64,000 bases of DNA from the NCBI RefSeq assembly GCF_035594765.1, contig NC_085841.1, forward strand, positions 342,869,402 to 342,933,401, in the 5' to 3' direction. The notes under the pieces were generated by a model that was not told the DNA's origin, did not search any database, and was given only the letters and a program-made list of their open reading frames with translations. The stretch is from Anolis carolinensis (taxonomy: Eukaryota). Of the stretch, positions 39,640 through 51,415 are shown in pieces (within the stretch, counting starts at the first letter, position 1; every line of letters begins with the position of its first letter). A program made the translations under genes and the position numbers.

Positions 39640-40220
39640 ATATTTGGGATTAGGAAGAACTTCCTGATGATAGGAGCTGTTCAATAGTGGAATATTCTGC
39701 CTCAGAGTGAAATGCCATCTCCTTCTCTGGAGATTTTTAAACAGAGCCTAGATGACCATCTGTCAGGAGTGCTTTGATTGGGTTTTCTGCATGGTAGGGG
39801 ATTGGACTGGGTGGTGTTTGTGTCTACCCTGTTTCCCCGAAAAATAAGACCTAGTAGAAGTTTTGCTGAATTGCTAAATATAAGGCCTCCCCTGAAAGTA
39901 AGACCTAGCAAAGTTTTTATTTGGAAGCATGGCCAGCGCCTGCCAAATAGAACACCAGAGCATGCAGGATCGGTAAATGTACATACCAGTTGTACATGGA
40001 AATAATGGTAGCAACAAGAAATTCTTGATAGGATTCACAGCTTGTCTGGTTTGTGATGACAACTACTGTACAGTATAGAATAAATGTTCATTTTTTTTTG
40101 TTCAACAAATAAGAAAATAAGACATCCCCTGAAAATAAGACCTAGAGCATCTTTGGGAGCAAAAATTAATATAAGACGCTATCTTATTTTCGGGAAAACA
40201 CGGTATGATTCTATGATTCC
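39640..40220 (+). mobile_element. CR1 3' fragment split by a mariner-type MITE
   Basis: TTAGGAAGAACTTCCTGA...GGATTGGACTGG before the MITE; TGATTCTATGATTC tail resumes at 40206. Confidence 0.8.
39827..40203. mobile_element. Tc1/mariner (Tc2-like) MITE
   Basis: TIR CCCTGTTTCCCCGAAAAATAAGA / TCTTATTTTCGGGAAAACACGG, TA TSD, internal AAATAAGAC repeats. Confidence 0.9.
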
Positions 40221-40745
40221 CTCCCATAGGTATCTTTGTGGATCCTCAGAAAATCTACAGAGGTTCTTCTTCAAGTCCTTCTACTGAAGTCAGGTAACTA
40301 TGAAAATTATTGTACCCCTTTATTTAATGCCTGCTGCCTACACTGTTTTTCACCAACAAGTGAAAGCATTTCTTTTCATGAGGTATTTTAAATTTACAGA
40401 TTCTATAGGTGTTTCTATATACTTTGTCTTCTGTGGTACAGTGTTACACTGCACTTTATTCTTTCAGTTTTATATAATCTGCCTAGAAAATACATTATAT
40501 TGGGTGAATTAAAATATAATAAACCAGTAATGCAAGCATGTTCTTTAGGACACCATCAAACAGAAGAATGTCATCTGTCTAAAAACAAATGATAAACATT
40601 ACTCCCTATCTTTGCCTGCTCCTTGCCATTTTCTGTTGTCACTCAGATTGTTTTAAGACCATAATCTGAAAGTACACAATGAAATAATGGCATAGAAGCT
40701 GAGCAGCCGACAGACCAGTCTGTGTTTGTGATGGGGACAACTTTG

Positions 40746-40746
<1 letters not shown>

Positions 40747-40801
<55 letters not shown>

Positions 40802-40805
40802 TAAT
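40747..40805. repeat. (AAT)n, 5' flank of the R4/Dong insertion
   Basis: about 19 units. Confidence 0.93.
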
Positions 40806-41248
40806 GTAAAGAACTGGTGGAATCACAAACCTGCAAAAGTAATGGAAAATGAACACGCAAAGATACTGTGGGACTTCCGAATCCAGACTGACAAAATTCT
40901 GGAACACAACACACCAGACCTCACAGTTGTGGAAAAGAAAAAGGTTTGGATCATTGATGTCGCCATCCCAGGTGACACTCGCATTGACGAAAAACAACAG
41001 GAAAAACTAAGCTGCTATCAGGACTTCAAGACTGAACTTCAAAGACTCTGGCAGAAACCAGTACAGGTGGTCCCGGTGGTGATCGGCACACTGGGTGCCA
41101 TGCCAAAAGATCTCAGCCGGCATTTGGAAACAATAGACATTGACAAAATTATGATCTGCCAACTGCAAAAGGCCACCCTACTGGGATCTGTGCGCATCAT
41201 CTGAAAATACATCACACAGTCCTAAATGCTTGGGAAGTGTTCAACTTG

Positions 41249-42108
41249 TGTGATGTCTCATGGGCCTTGTAGTCCCGTTCCTAGTACTATGGTGGCAGAC
41301 GAAGAGGAAAACATGGGATTTACACCGTTTCAGCCAGAAACGGAGCCCCTGCACCTGCAGGATGTTTGCCCTCAAGAATCCAGCCAAACAAGCCTTGGGC
41401 AGAATTCTCCCCCGTTTTCTCGAAAAGACAATTATAATAGAGATAGAGGGGCGAGGGAGGCTAATCGCCGCTCTCTCAGAATCGCTGCCAGACAATTAGC
41501 TGATTAAGCCTGTTTCCCTTGGGAAATTCTAAGGAGTCATGCATCTGGACACAGTTTGGGTTTCACTTCTTGTTCTCCAGGGAAAGTGTTCCTTGGCGGG
41601 AAAACAAGATCCTATATAGGTGTTTTACCGCAAGGAAATCCTTGCGGAGTCAATTCGTCAGCTTCAGGAGTGAGATCGTGTGTGGACTACGCAACTCCAG
41701 TTCCTTGTTCCAGGACCAAGTTCCAAGCCTGCCTTGTTCCCCGGACCTCGCCACGGACCTTGTTCTTGCTTCTTGCTTCTTGTTGCCTCGTATCAAGTCT
41801 TGTATGCCAAGAATCTAGTTTGTTTTCCAGCCTTGTTGTCAGCTCCATTGGACTAAAGGACCTTGTCATTTCCCCACACTTTGCTTGGCAAAGTGTGTGT
41901 TTCGGTTATTGGATTATAACTTTGGACTCTAATATCTCATATTGGACATTGTTTTCCTGGACTATATTTGACCTTTCCTGAGAGGTCTACTTCTGAACTA
42001 TATTCTTCACTTGTTTTTATTGACTTTATATATTCCTTTAATAAAGATATTAGATAGATTCTGGTCTCTGCGCATGGTTATTGGTGCTCTGCAGCCTGGG
42101 TCCTGACA
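41249..42108 (+). mobile_element. Solo LTR, Ty3/Gypsy-type (Tf1/sushi-like), 860 bp
   Basis: TGT...ACA ends, 5-bp TSD ACTTG (41244-41248 and 42109-42113), TATATA at 41613, AATAAA at 42040; homologous to 62918-63856. Confidence 0.93.
41253..41507 (+). CDS. Putative LTR U3-encoded small protein, 84 aa
   Basis: ATG at LTR base 5; intact; homologous ORFs at 62922 and 62203; many synonymous differences in conserved motifs. Confidence 0.65.
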   Translation: MSHGPCSPVPSTMVADEEENMGFTPFQPETEPLHLQDVCPQESSQTSLGQNSPPFSRKDNYNRDRGAREANRRSLRIAARQLAD

Positions 42109-42178
42109 ACTTGTGATTTTGTGATACGAAATCCAACATATCTATCTTGTTTGCTGTGTCATACAATGTCATTGTGTC

Positions 42179-42221
<43 letters not shown>

Positions 42222-42904
42222 GAAAAACAAAGAGGCAGGCAAAGTTAACAGTGGAATGCCAGTGCAGTTGTTATGTGGGGTAATATTCAGTTTCTCCCCT
42301 TCTGTGATGCTAAAAATTGGAGGACTAAATAGAAAATTGATTGGGGAGGTAGAATGATTATTTGGGGGAGCAATGCACTCATTTTGCACCCCCTTTGTGC
42401 CTACACCCGTGTCACAATCCAACCCCTTCAGCGACCGTAAAAATGCCCTTTGGGTGATAAGAGTGATTATTGCCTCAATAGAAGCAACAGCTTGAGGACA
42501 GTCAGATCTGGTATAACTGAGAAATCATTACTCTGAGTTGTCTGTAAAGAAGTACAATATTCAGAAGGAATATTAAACTGGAGAAAAAATACTGACACTA
42601 GATGGCACCAAAACAGGCATGATGTCCTTTTCAGTGCTCTTGTGGAAGCAGCCAGAAAAACTACAAATAGATTTTAGAAAGAAAATAATGTTCTTGGGTT
42701 TAGCTACTGAAGATTTGAAACAGACTTCAGCATAAATGTGAAAACATTCATTACATACAAAGCCTTTGTTTTTCAAACTTCTGATTCATTTCATGTTTCA
42801 AGAGTGCTGGGAAGTTTATGTTGGAGCCATCCTGCTCCCATTCCCAGCCTCTTGAGACTCTTGGGAAAAGACAACAATGCTTTAGTTTATGTCTGTACAT
42901 GGAA

Positions 42905-43180
42905 CAAAATCATAGGCTTGGAAGGGACCACAAGGGCCATCTAGTCTAACCACCTGCCATGCGGAAATACTCCTGAACGATCCCAATCAAGAGCCCATTG
43001 CTCTCTCAAGCAGCCTATTCCGCTCATGCTGTAAAGTATTTTCTCCCTAATGTTTTGTGGAGTCTCTTTTAATGTAAATTGAATCCATTTGTTCATATGC
43101 TAGTATTTGGACCAGCAGAAAAAAAGTTTTCTGTTTTCGCCGTGACATCCTTTCAAATATTTTAAGACAATTAACATGTA
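42905..43180 (-). mobile_element. Old CR1 3' fragment
   Basis: AATCATAGGCTTGGAAGGGACC..GGCCATCTAGTCTAAC is the reverse of a CR1 3'UTR. Confidence 0.7.
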
Positions 43181-43992
43181 ACCCGTCTATGTTTCCCTTT
43201 TTAAAAAATACACATAAGGAAAGAAAAAAGAAAAATTGTGACTACTACATATTTGTAGCCAAGTCTCACAAACAGTTAATCCTATCTTGTGGACTACAGT
43301 AGTGAAATTTATTCTGCTTCCCATTGTTCTTTAGACCAACAGTTCTTCAACTTTGACTCTTCCTTTGATCTTTAGACCAATGGTTCTTTGAACTTCAACT
43401 CCAAGATCAAACTCTGAGAACCATTATTTTAGATCTACATTTTGGATCTTACACGTTATGGCTACTAGGCTTGATCGATCCACGAAAAATTTGATTCTAA
43501 ACTCGTTTCAAAACTAGAGGGGGGCAGCTTTTCGTTTCTGATGGTATTTCCGAATTTGGCCCCCCAAAAAATTCGAAATTAACGAAAATTCGTTATTTTC
43601 TAAATTAATTCGTTAATGGCGGATGCGCATGCGCAATTCCCAAAAACAGCACAGAGGGAGAGGACTTTACAGGACTCTCCCACCCTCATTTTTTGAGTGA
43701 TCTTCTTCCAACTTGGTACAGTGGTAGAACACATTTAACACTGATAGCTCACCAAAATTTGGAACGTTTCCCTTATCCTCTGATTTTTGGCGAATTTTCA
43801 TAGCTTTTATAATAAACCATTTTTTAATAATTGCAGAAATCTGTTCCTGGTTTGAAAGTCTTATTTCCTGTTAAATTGGGTTGTCTTTACTGTGAAAGTC
43901 ATTGTTCTACTTCAGAAACTTTGTTTTTGTGGCTGAAACTTTGTTAAATTGGTGTGTGTGTGATATATACTGTGTATATAGTCCCTGCATAA

Positions 43993-44023
<31 letters not shown>

Positions 44024-44024
<1 letters not shown>

Positions 44025-44354
44025 GGTAAAGGTAAAGGTATCCCTTGACGTTAAGTTCAGTCATGTCTGACTGTGGGGGTTGGTGCTCATCTCCATTTCT
44101 AAGCCCAAGAGCCAGTGTTGTCCATAGACACCTCCAAGGTCATGTGGCCGGCATGACTACATGGAGTGCCATTACCTTCCCGCCAGAGCGGTACCTATTG
44201 ATCTACTCACATTGGCATGTTTTCAAGCTGCTAGGTTGGCAGAAGCTGGAGCTAACAGCGGGCACTCACTCTGCTCCCGGGATTTGAACCTGGGACCTTT
44301 AGGTCTGCAAGTTCAGCAGCTCAGTGCTTTAACACACTTCGCCATCGGGGCTCA
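44024..44354 (-). mobile_element. Sauria SINE inside the hAT element
   Basis: (AAAGGT)n tail, full body, head. Confidence 0.92.
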
Positions 44355-44459
44355 TGTATATATAATATACATACACATACACACAATGTGGAGAATATGT
44401 GGAAAGGTAGATAGATAAGTTGGGAGCCACAGCGAAGGCACCTTCCTGGGAGCAAGGTC

Positions 44460-44508
<49 letters not shown>

Positions 44509-44664
44509 TCCCTTACAATATCCAAGATGGCTCACTGCTACAGAATCTTGGGAGGTTTAGTTTGATATGGTACCATTATTGGCAGAGAAAGCTAAGCTGT
44601 AGGAGTTGAAATCCAATCATTTATCCTCCCTATAGAATCAATTTTATATGCATTTTTAGCTACA

Positions 44665-44943
44665 GAAAAGCTAAAATCAGGACAGTAAAAGAACAACACC
44701 CAGAAAATGGGAATTCCAGACAGGAAACAATCAGGGCCAGCTAATACCTCCCAACAAAGGATTCCCCCAGGTAGGAAGCAGCCAGGCTTTGAAGCTGCAA
44801 GGCTATTCAATGCTAATCAAGGTGACCAATTGCAACATTCACACTTGCCTCCCACAGACAAGAGTTCTTTCTCCCACCCTGGACCTTCCACAGATATATA
44901 AACCCCACTTGCCTAGCTTCGCACAGACGTCAAAACCTCTGAG
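44665..44943 (+). mobile_element. Penelope-like element 3' fragment
   Basis: GAATTCCAGACAGGAAACAATCAGGGCCAGCTAA...GATATATAAACCCCACTTGCCTAG..AACCTCTGAG, recognised as anole Penelope-type sequence. Confidence 0.65.
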
Positions 44944-46275
44944 TATCAGGCCTGAGCTGAGGCGAGGCGGCGGTGGCCATTTCCCCCCTCCGTCTTCCTC
45001 CTCCTCCTCGGCCTCCTTCCCCCTCGCCCCCTCCCATTGGCTGAGCCCGTGACGCCCCTTTTGCTGAGGGGCAAAAGGAAAGGGCCTGAATGGTGGGAGT
45101 TTGGGTGATTTGCAAAAGCTTTTTTTTCCTAACGAAAAAAATGACGACATAACGAAAAACAGCCTCTCGCGATTCGAAACCGCGATATCCAGACGTGTGG
45201 ACAACCAATGCTTCAAAATTGCTTCAAAACAAACAAAAATAACGAATTAATAACGGTTAACGGGGAAAACGAATTATTTGAGCAAGCCTAATGGCTACCA
45301 TCCAAAGGTGACTGTGTAGCATATAAACTAAAATTTGAACAGGAACCAATTGGGTTTTTTTCGTGTCAGGAGCGACTTGAGAAACTGCAAGTCACTTCTG
45401 GTGTGAGAGAATTGGGTGCAAAGAAATGAATATCTACCTGTACTGAAAGTGACTGGGAATGTGCTCTCAATCTTCATTTACATGAACAACATTGTGAAAT
45501 AGTTAATGCATTCTTGCACTCACTTGACACACACAAAAATCCAAAAAAAAAAAAAATAACAAACAAACCAGAATTCACAAACACTCAATGCAATTTACCT
45601 GTTTAAGCACAATATATCATCCAGCAATTGTTTCTATGATTCTCCTTTAGTTGGGACTAAAGGAGATTCTACCCACTGTAATATTCACACAATAATCAAA
45701 CATATCGTATAATTTCCAATTGACATGACATAATATAAACACTGTGTGTGTACTGAGAAAAAGACATCTGCAAAAATGTGGAAGAATAGTATTCATAATG
45801 AATAAATAATCAATGCTGAGTGGGTCAGGGGAAATCTAAAAGAAAGGGGATGGTGGAATGTAGTCAAGATAATGAAGAATTGCCAGGTTAGATCCATGAT
45901 GTAGATCCTGAAGCTTTAATCCTTAAGAGATCTTTGAACAGGAGAAGGTAGACCTCTGCTAAATGGGGTGGAGATAGCTGTCCTCCTTCACCTGCCGAAC
46001 CCCAGTCTTCAGTCACAGACACCCCCTCCTAACCTAGTGATTGATGACTAATGGAAGAGTATGGATTTGCTCATAGGCCCATCTTTATTATCTGCTCCTC
46101 TGGTGTTTTTTGAGCCTTGAATTTTCAATGTCTTAATTGTTGATTGCTTCAATTGCTTTATATATCAAATTGTTATCTTTGTATTTTAAAGTTTTTTTTA
46201 ATATGTTTCCTTTTTTGTATACCCCTCTAAAGAAATCCCTTGATGTGGTAAGTGATATAGAAATTGATTAATTTA

Positions 46276-46995
46276 AGAATCATAGAATCATAGAGTTGGA
46301 GGAGACCTCGTGGGCCATCCAGTCCAACTCCCTGTCAAGAAACAGGAAAATCGCATTCAAAGCACCCCCGACAGATGGCCATCCAGCCTCTATTTAAATC
46401 CTCCAAAGAAGGAGCCTCTGCCACACTCCGAGGCAGAGAGTTCCACTGCTGAACAGCTCTCACAGTGAGGAAGTCCTAGTCTCCAGGGCAGCAGCTTGCT
46501 GCTTGCTCCTTTCTCCCTATGACTTCCCCTCACATATTTATACATGGCCCTCATCATGTCTTCTCTCAGCCTTCTCTTCTGCAGGTTCTTTAAGCTGCTC
46601 CTCATAGGGCTAGTTCTCCAGACACTTGATCATTTTAGCCACCTTCCTCTAGACACATTTCAGCTTGTCAATTGTGGTGCCTAGAATTGGACACAGTATT
46701 CCAGGTGTGGTCTGACCAAGGCAGAATAGAGGGAGAGTTTGACTTTCCTGGATCTAGACACCATACTCCTATTTATGCAGGCTAAAACCCCATTGACTTT
46801 TCTAGCCGCCACATCACACTGTGGGCTCATGTTTGACTTATTGTCCAGGAGGACTCCAAGATCTTTTTCACACGTACTGCTGTCATTGAGCCAGGCATCC
46901 CCCATTCTGTATCTTAGCATTTCATTGTTTTCTGTCTAACTGGAGTATCTTGCATTTGTCCCTGTTGAACTTCATTTTGTTAGTTTTGGCTCATC
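46276..46995 (-). mobile_element. CR1 3' fragment with internal deletions
   Basis: Reverse (ATTCTATG) tail; [37 protein letters not shown], close to the 17.2-kb copy. Confidence 0.93.
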
Positions 46996-47066
46996 AAAAG
47001 TGGCAGAGGAAGAGGAGGAGCAGGAGAAAGAGAAAGAAGGCAGAGAAGGGGGGGGGAGGAATTAGC

Positions 47067-47624
47067 TGTTGTAAGGGGTGATTTGGGCGTCCCCCAGACA
47101 CTTATACATACCGGGCGGGCCAAGCCGCTTTGAGAACCACTCGGAGTCCAAAGGGTTGAGGACAAAACACCTTTTATTAGGAAGCTTCCGACAGACAAAG
47201 CCACACAGCAGTGTGAAGGTGGCAAAAACTGTCTGCCCCGAGCCCTTCGGCTCAGGGTCTTTTATACACATTTCTAGTTCCCCATTCTGAACTTCTAGTT
47301 CCCCATTCTGAACTGGGCTTTACTGGAAAAACCACAAACACTTCCTGAGTTGTAAACAACTTCGGGATATTGCCCAATCATGAACTGTAGAATATTTCAA
47401 CAGGTGCAGCAAAAAGTACATGTATTGCATACATTGCATAAATTTCTCAGAATCGGCTTAACCACAACTGATTATTGCTAAACATAGAACACATGTCATC
47501 TGTCACAAGACATCAAGTTGCACACTTTGTCTTTACTCTCAAAGGGAGACTGATTTTCTAGTTTCAACCATACAGGCATTCCAAAATGGAGTCACTTTGG
47601 TTCAGTGACCCCTTCACTGTTACA
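47067..47624 (-). mobile_element. Probable ERV-type solo LTR
   Basis: Minus strand TGTAAC..GACTCCATTTTGG start, TATAAAA near 47263, AATAAA near 47175, ends ..TTACAACA; 21-bp tandem duplication 47272-47313; no clear TSD. Confidence 0.6.
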
Positions 47625-47799
47625 AGGATGCCCGGATCCAACTGGCTGGGTTTAATCCAAACTTTAGTGGTTTAAAGTACAATGCATACACTTTAGCAAT
47701 TTGTCTAGTTTATTTAAAGCCACCACTTTAAATAATTTATTTTAGAAAGTAGTCTAAGTATTGGATCCTTCATGGTCCCAAACATAAATATATCATTTT

Positions 47800-47994
47800 G
47801 TTGTTGAAGGCTTTCATGGCCAGAATTGCTGGATTGCTGTGACTTTTTTGGACTGTATGGCCATGTTCCAGTAGCATTCTCTACTAGCGTTTTGCCTGCA
47901 TCTGTGGCAGACCTTTGTAGATGCCCATCACAGATGCAGGTGAAACATCAGGAGAGAACATGGCCATACAGTCCGGAAAACTCACAGCAACCCA
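47800..47994. mobile_element. Penelope-derived inverted-repeat remnant
   Basis: Arms GGATTGCTGTGA..GGACTGTATGGCCATGTTC / GAACATGGCCATACAGTCC..TCACAGCAACCC and CCTGCATCTGTG / CACAGATGCAGG. Confidence 0.75.
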
Positions 47995-49279
47995 AATAAG
48001 TACTTCCTTTTTCCTTATTTGTTTTAAAAAGTATGTGTGTGAAACTAAAGGTAAAATAAGTTTAAAAATGAGAAGATAGAATTCTTGCTAAAATTACCAG
48101 CTTTCAAACAGAGAAAATATTTATTCCAGTTTACATTACATTTACAATAGGCCATCCTTTGCAGACAAATTCCCTACAGAGTTACAGTTCTCATCAACCT
48201 TAGCTATGCTTCCTTAGTTTTTTCAGATCTAACTTTCCATCAACCTCAGATATACTATCCAAAAGGCTGCCAGAGAATTGGAGAAATTCTTTCCATGTTT
48301 ATATGCACTATACTTGCCCATTTGAGCTATATTCTAGCCATTTCCCATCATTACAACGTTTCAGAAAGCCAACCATGCAGCAATCAACAAGTAGATCTTG
48401 TCATCATACATCATCATCATAGATGATCACTCATGGCCGAATATGATTGTCTTCCAATGTGTCATAGCACATTTTGCAAATGGGTGGTGTAATTCTTGTC
48501 CTGACCGTTGCTAGCTAATTTCCTCCCTTATTTCTGGAATATCTGTGTCGGCAAAAAGAGAAGGAGATGTGAAACAGGAGCAAGGAAACTCAATTCTTCT
48601 GAGGAATGCCAAGAAGCCCTTGCAACACATTACTGTTTTCAAGGCATTTTCTCAAAATGGATATCATCTCCCAATTCTCTAAACAAGAACAAATATTGCT
48701 AATGTGATACATGAAATGGAGTCACTCAGCACTCTCTGAGAGCATGAGTTCACACATGCATGAATGTGTTTAATAAGAGTGAAGCTTCACATTACATTAA
48801 TTGCATTGAAGCAATTGGAGTGTACAGGGTTTGAACTTTTTAATAGAAATGTTGGGATCCTTTCCCAACACCACTACCACAGTCTTGACCATATTAAAAA
48901 CTTCCTATAAGCTGCTTTGAGTCTTGTGTATAAGCAAGTACTTGTTTACTAGCAACTGTACTCACTATTTAAGAATGCACAATTACATGTGTAAGAGTTT
49001 CACTCATTTATGCAACTCTGCATGGAATATGAGCATTGCTCCATGGCCAAAAATGTTCCATTGCATATGTATAAATCACAAACAGGATGCCAATTAACAT
49101 TGTGTTAGAAGTGATGCATATGAAATTACAGTTGGCCGTCCAGATTTGCAGGTTTGACTTTTGTGATGTGATTGAAACATTTTGTCGAGCAATTTCTTGT
49201 TCCTCGGGTGTGATTCTATGTGGTATCGCGGAAGTTGACTATAGAATTGCAGTACAGGACATTGAATGCTGAGGGATTA

Positions 49280-49552
49280 TTTTTTCATGTCAGAAGCGAC
49301 TTGAGAAACTCGAGGAACCTCCGATGGTGCAGTGAGTTAAACCCTTGTACCAGCAGGACTGATGACCTGAAGGTTGCCAGTTCGAATCCAACATGGGGAC
49401 AGTGTGGTTGAGAGCCCTCTGTCAGCTCCAGCTCCATGCGGGGACATGAGAGAAGGCTCCCACAAGGAGGGTAAAAACATCAAAAAAAATCTGGGGTCCC
49501 CTGGGCAACATCCTTGCAGATGGCCAACTCTCTCACACCAGAAACAACTTGC
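49280..49552 (-). mobile_element. tRNA SINE with internal inversion
   Basis: 3' tail on the minus strand at 49280-49310, remainder inverted at 49311-49552; TSD AATGCTGAGG(G/A)AT(T/G)A. Confidence 0.85.
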
Positions 49553-49968
49553 AATGCTGAGGAATGACTACATGTCTTTTGTGTCTGGATCTTTCATAGC
49601 TCATTTAGGAATACAGTGCACCTCATGACGCTACACTGATCAGATAATTAATGAACATGGGTACAAAGGAGAAGTAGTCCTGTGGTATCTTAACAGAGGA
49701 TAAAATAATGCAGATATGGAAAATGTTTAATTATAACATTTGGCTGAGGTTACTGCCTAGAAGGACAGGGATAGAGAACAGTTGCTGAATCACAATTGTC
49801 ATCACATCATGCTATTGGCCATGCTGGCTGGGACAGATGGGAGCTGGAACGAAATAACAATTGAAGGACTAGAGATTTCCCATTAATCATATTGGCTGGA
49901 ATACTATTGGTTATAATTGAGACATGTAGGTCTAAATTCTGTTGTTAGTCCTAGCTGGAATAGATCCA

Positions 49969-50241
49969 TTTTTTATCGTGTCAGAAGTGACTTGAGAACA
50001 TACTACAAGTTGCTTCTGGTATGAGAGAATTGGCCATCTACAGAGACGTTGCCCAGGGGATGCCCAGATGTGTTTCCATCCTGTTGGGAGGCTTCTCTCA
50101 TGCCCCTGCAAGCTACAGCTGATAGGCGGGAGCTCACTCCGTCTCACGGATTTGAACCGGCAACCTTCAGGTCAGCAACCCAGCCTTTAGGTCAGCAGTC
50201 CAGCTGGCACAAGGGTTTAACCCATTGCGCCACTGCAGCTC
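49969..50241 (-). mobile_element. tRNA SINE, full length (possibly Vingi-mobilised)
   Basis: Minus head GAGCTGCAGTGGCGCAATGGGTTAAACCC, B box GGTTCAAATCC, tail TTCTGACACGATAAAAAA; TSD AATAGATC(C/T)A. Confidence 0.85.
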
Positions 50242-51184
50242 AATAGATCTATTGAGTCAGTTAAACAGTAAATCAACTCACAGGTAAACCTCACTGATTC
50301 AATGGTTCCAGTCAGAACAATAGTATTCCCAACAATAGGATTTAGTCTATTGTGCATCTGTTTGGGAGAGATGCAAGCTCTTTTATCATTTCTAACTTTC
50401 CAAATTAACTACATTTTTAGTATGGATAAACTAACATCCTTCTTTGTTTATAAGATTCGGAAGAACCTAAAGAAGTTATTATTGAACTACCAGAATCCCC
50501 CAGCATCTAGGGATTAGAGTCGCAATCAAAAAGTAACTTTTCTAAACTCTGATCATCATATTATGATGGCATTGGTAGATTGTACATTCTGCCATCACAC
50601 CTCTTTCTCTCTACTGTTTTGAGAACAGATTGTTGGAAGATAGATTGAAAAAGAATTTGGCTTTTTTAAAAGTTGGCTTGTCAAAAGCTCTGGTGTCCAT
50701 TACTTTGGATTTTCAGCTTTGTGTCTTTAATGTGGCTCTTATTTGATTTATTCTGACTACAGTTACATCTGTTTAGCATTTGGCGCATGAAATATTAGGA
50801 AACATGCATTTGAAAAGGAAAAATTGAGTGAATTATTGGACTGAGGAAAGGGGAAAAGAGATAACCCAGAAGATATAAAAACAACTCTTTTCAAATTGCC
50901 TCTAATGTCCTTGTGGGTCCAGACAATTCTTGCTTCAGGAGGTTTTTAATGCAAATCTCAATATGGTCACATTCTCATACATGTTACAATTATCTCTCCA
51001 CCACTTCCTGTTCCAGACTCACTGATCAGCCGCTGATATATTTGGTGTTACAAAAGCTACACAGTGGTTTCAGCTTCATGCATGAGGACAGTAATTTTAT
51101 CATATATCTTACATATAACTATTTTTCTGTGTTGATGTGATACCAGCATGGCAAAAAGTACGTACCTCATTGCATACTATGACA

Positions 51185-51371
51185 TTGTTATTGTTATTGT
51201 ATGCCTTCAAGTCATTTCTGACTCATGGAGACCCCATAGTCAACCTTTATGGGGTTTTCTTGTCAATATTTGTTCACTGAAGGGTTGTTGTTGCTTTCCT
51301 TTGAGGCTGAGAGGGAGGGCGACTTTCCTAATGGGTTTCCATGGCTGAGCTGAGATTTCAGTCCTGGTCTC
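51185..51371 (-). mobile_element. CORE-like SINE (family of 9918-10153)
   Basis: TTGTATGCCTTCAAGTCATTTCTGACT...GGGTTTCCATGGCTGAG..CCTGGTCTC. Confidence 0.75.
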
Positions 51372-51415
51372 ATATGTCATATGTCAAAAAAGGAGACAAT
51401 CGTATTGGTTGAATG

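Larger units (their letters stand above)
40806..42220 (+). mobile_element. R4/Dong-clade LINE 3' end (restriction-like endonuclease) in a TAA microsatellite, interrupted by a solo LTR
   Basis: KILWDFRIQTD..HNTPDLTVV..IIDVAIPGD..EKLS (PD..D REL motif) at 40842-41225; 3'UTR resumes at 42109; (TAA)n at 42179-42220. Confidence 0.88.
43466..45290. mobile_element. Composite non-autonomous hAT element
   Basis: TIR TAGGCTTGATC / GAGCAAGCCTA; perfect 8-bp TSD ATGGCTAC (43458-43465 and 45291-45298); CpG-rich ACGAA/TTCGT subterminal repeats. Confidence 0.93.

Noticed and set aside
41519-41981. Further ORFs in the LTR R region (41519-41818, 41556-41981, 63276-63605)
   Set aside because: Starts, stops and frames are not consistent between LTR copies, unlike the U3 ORF
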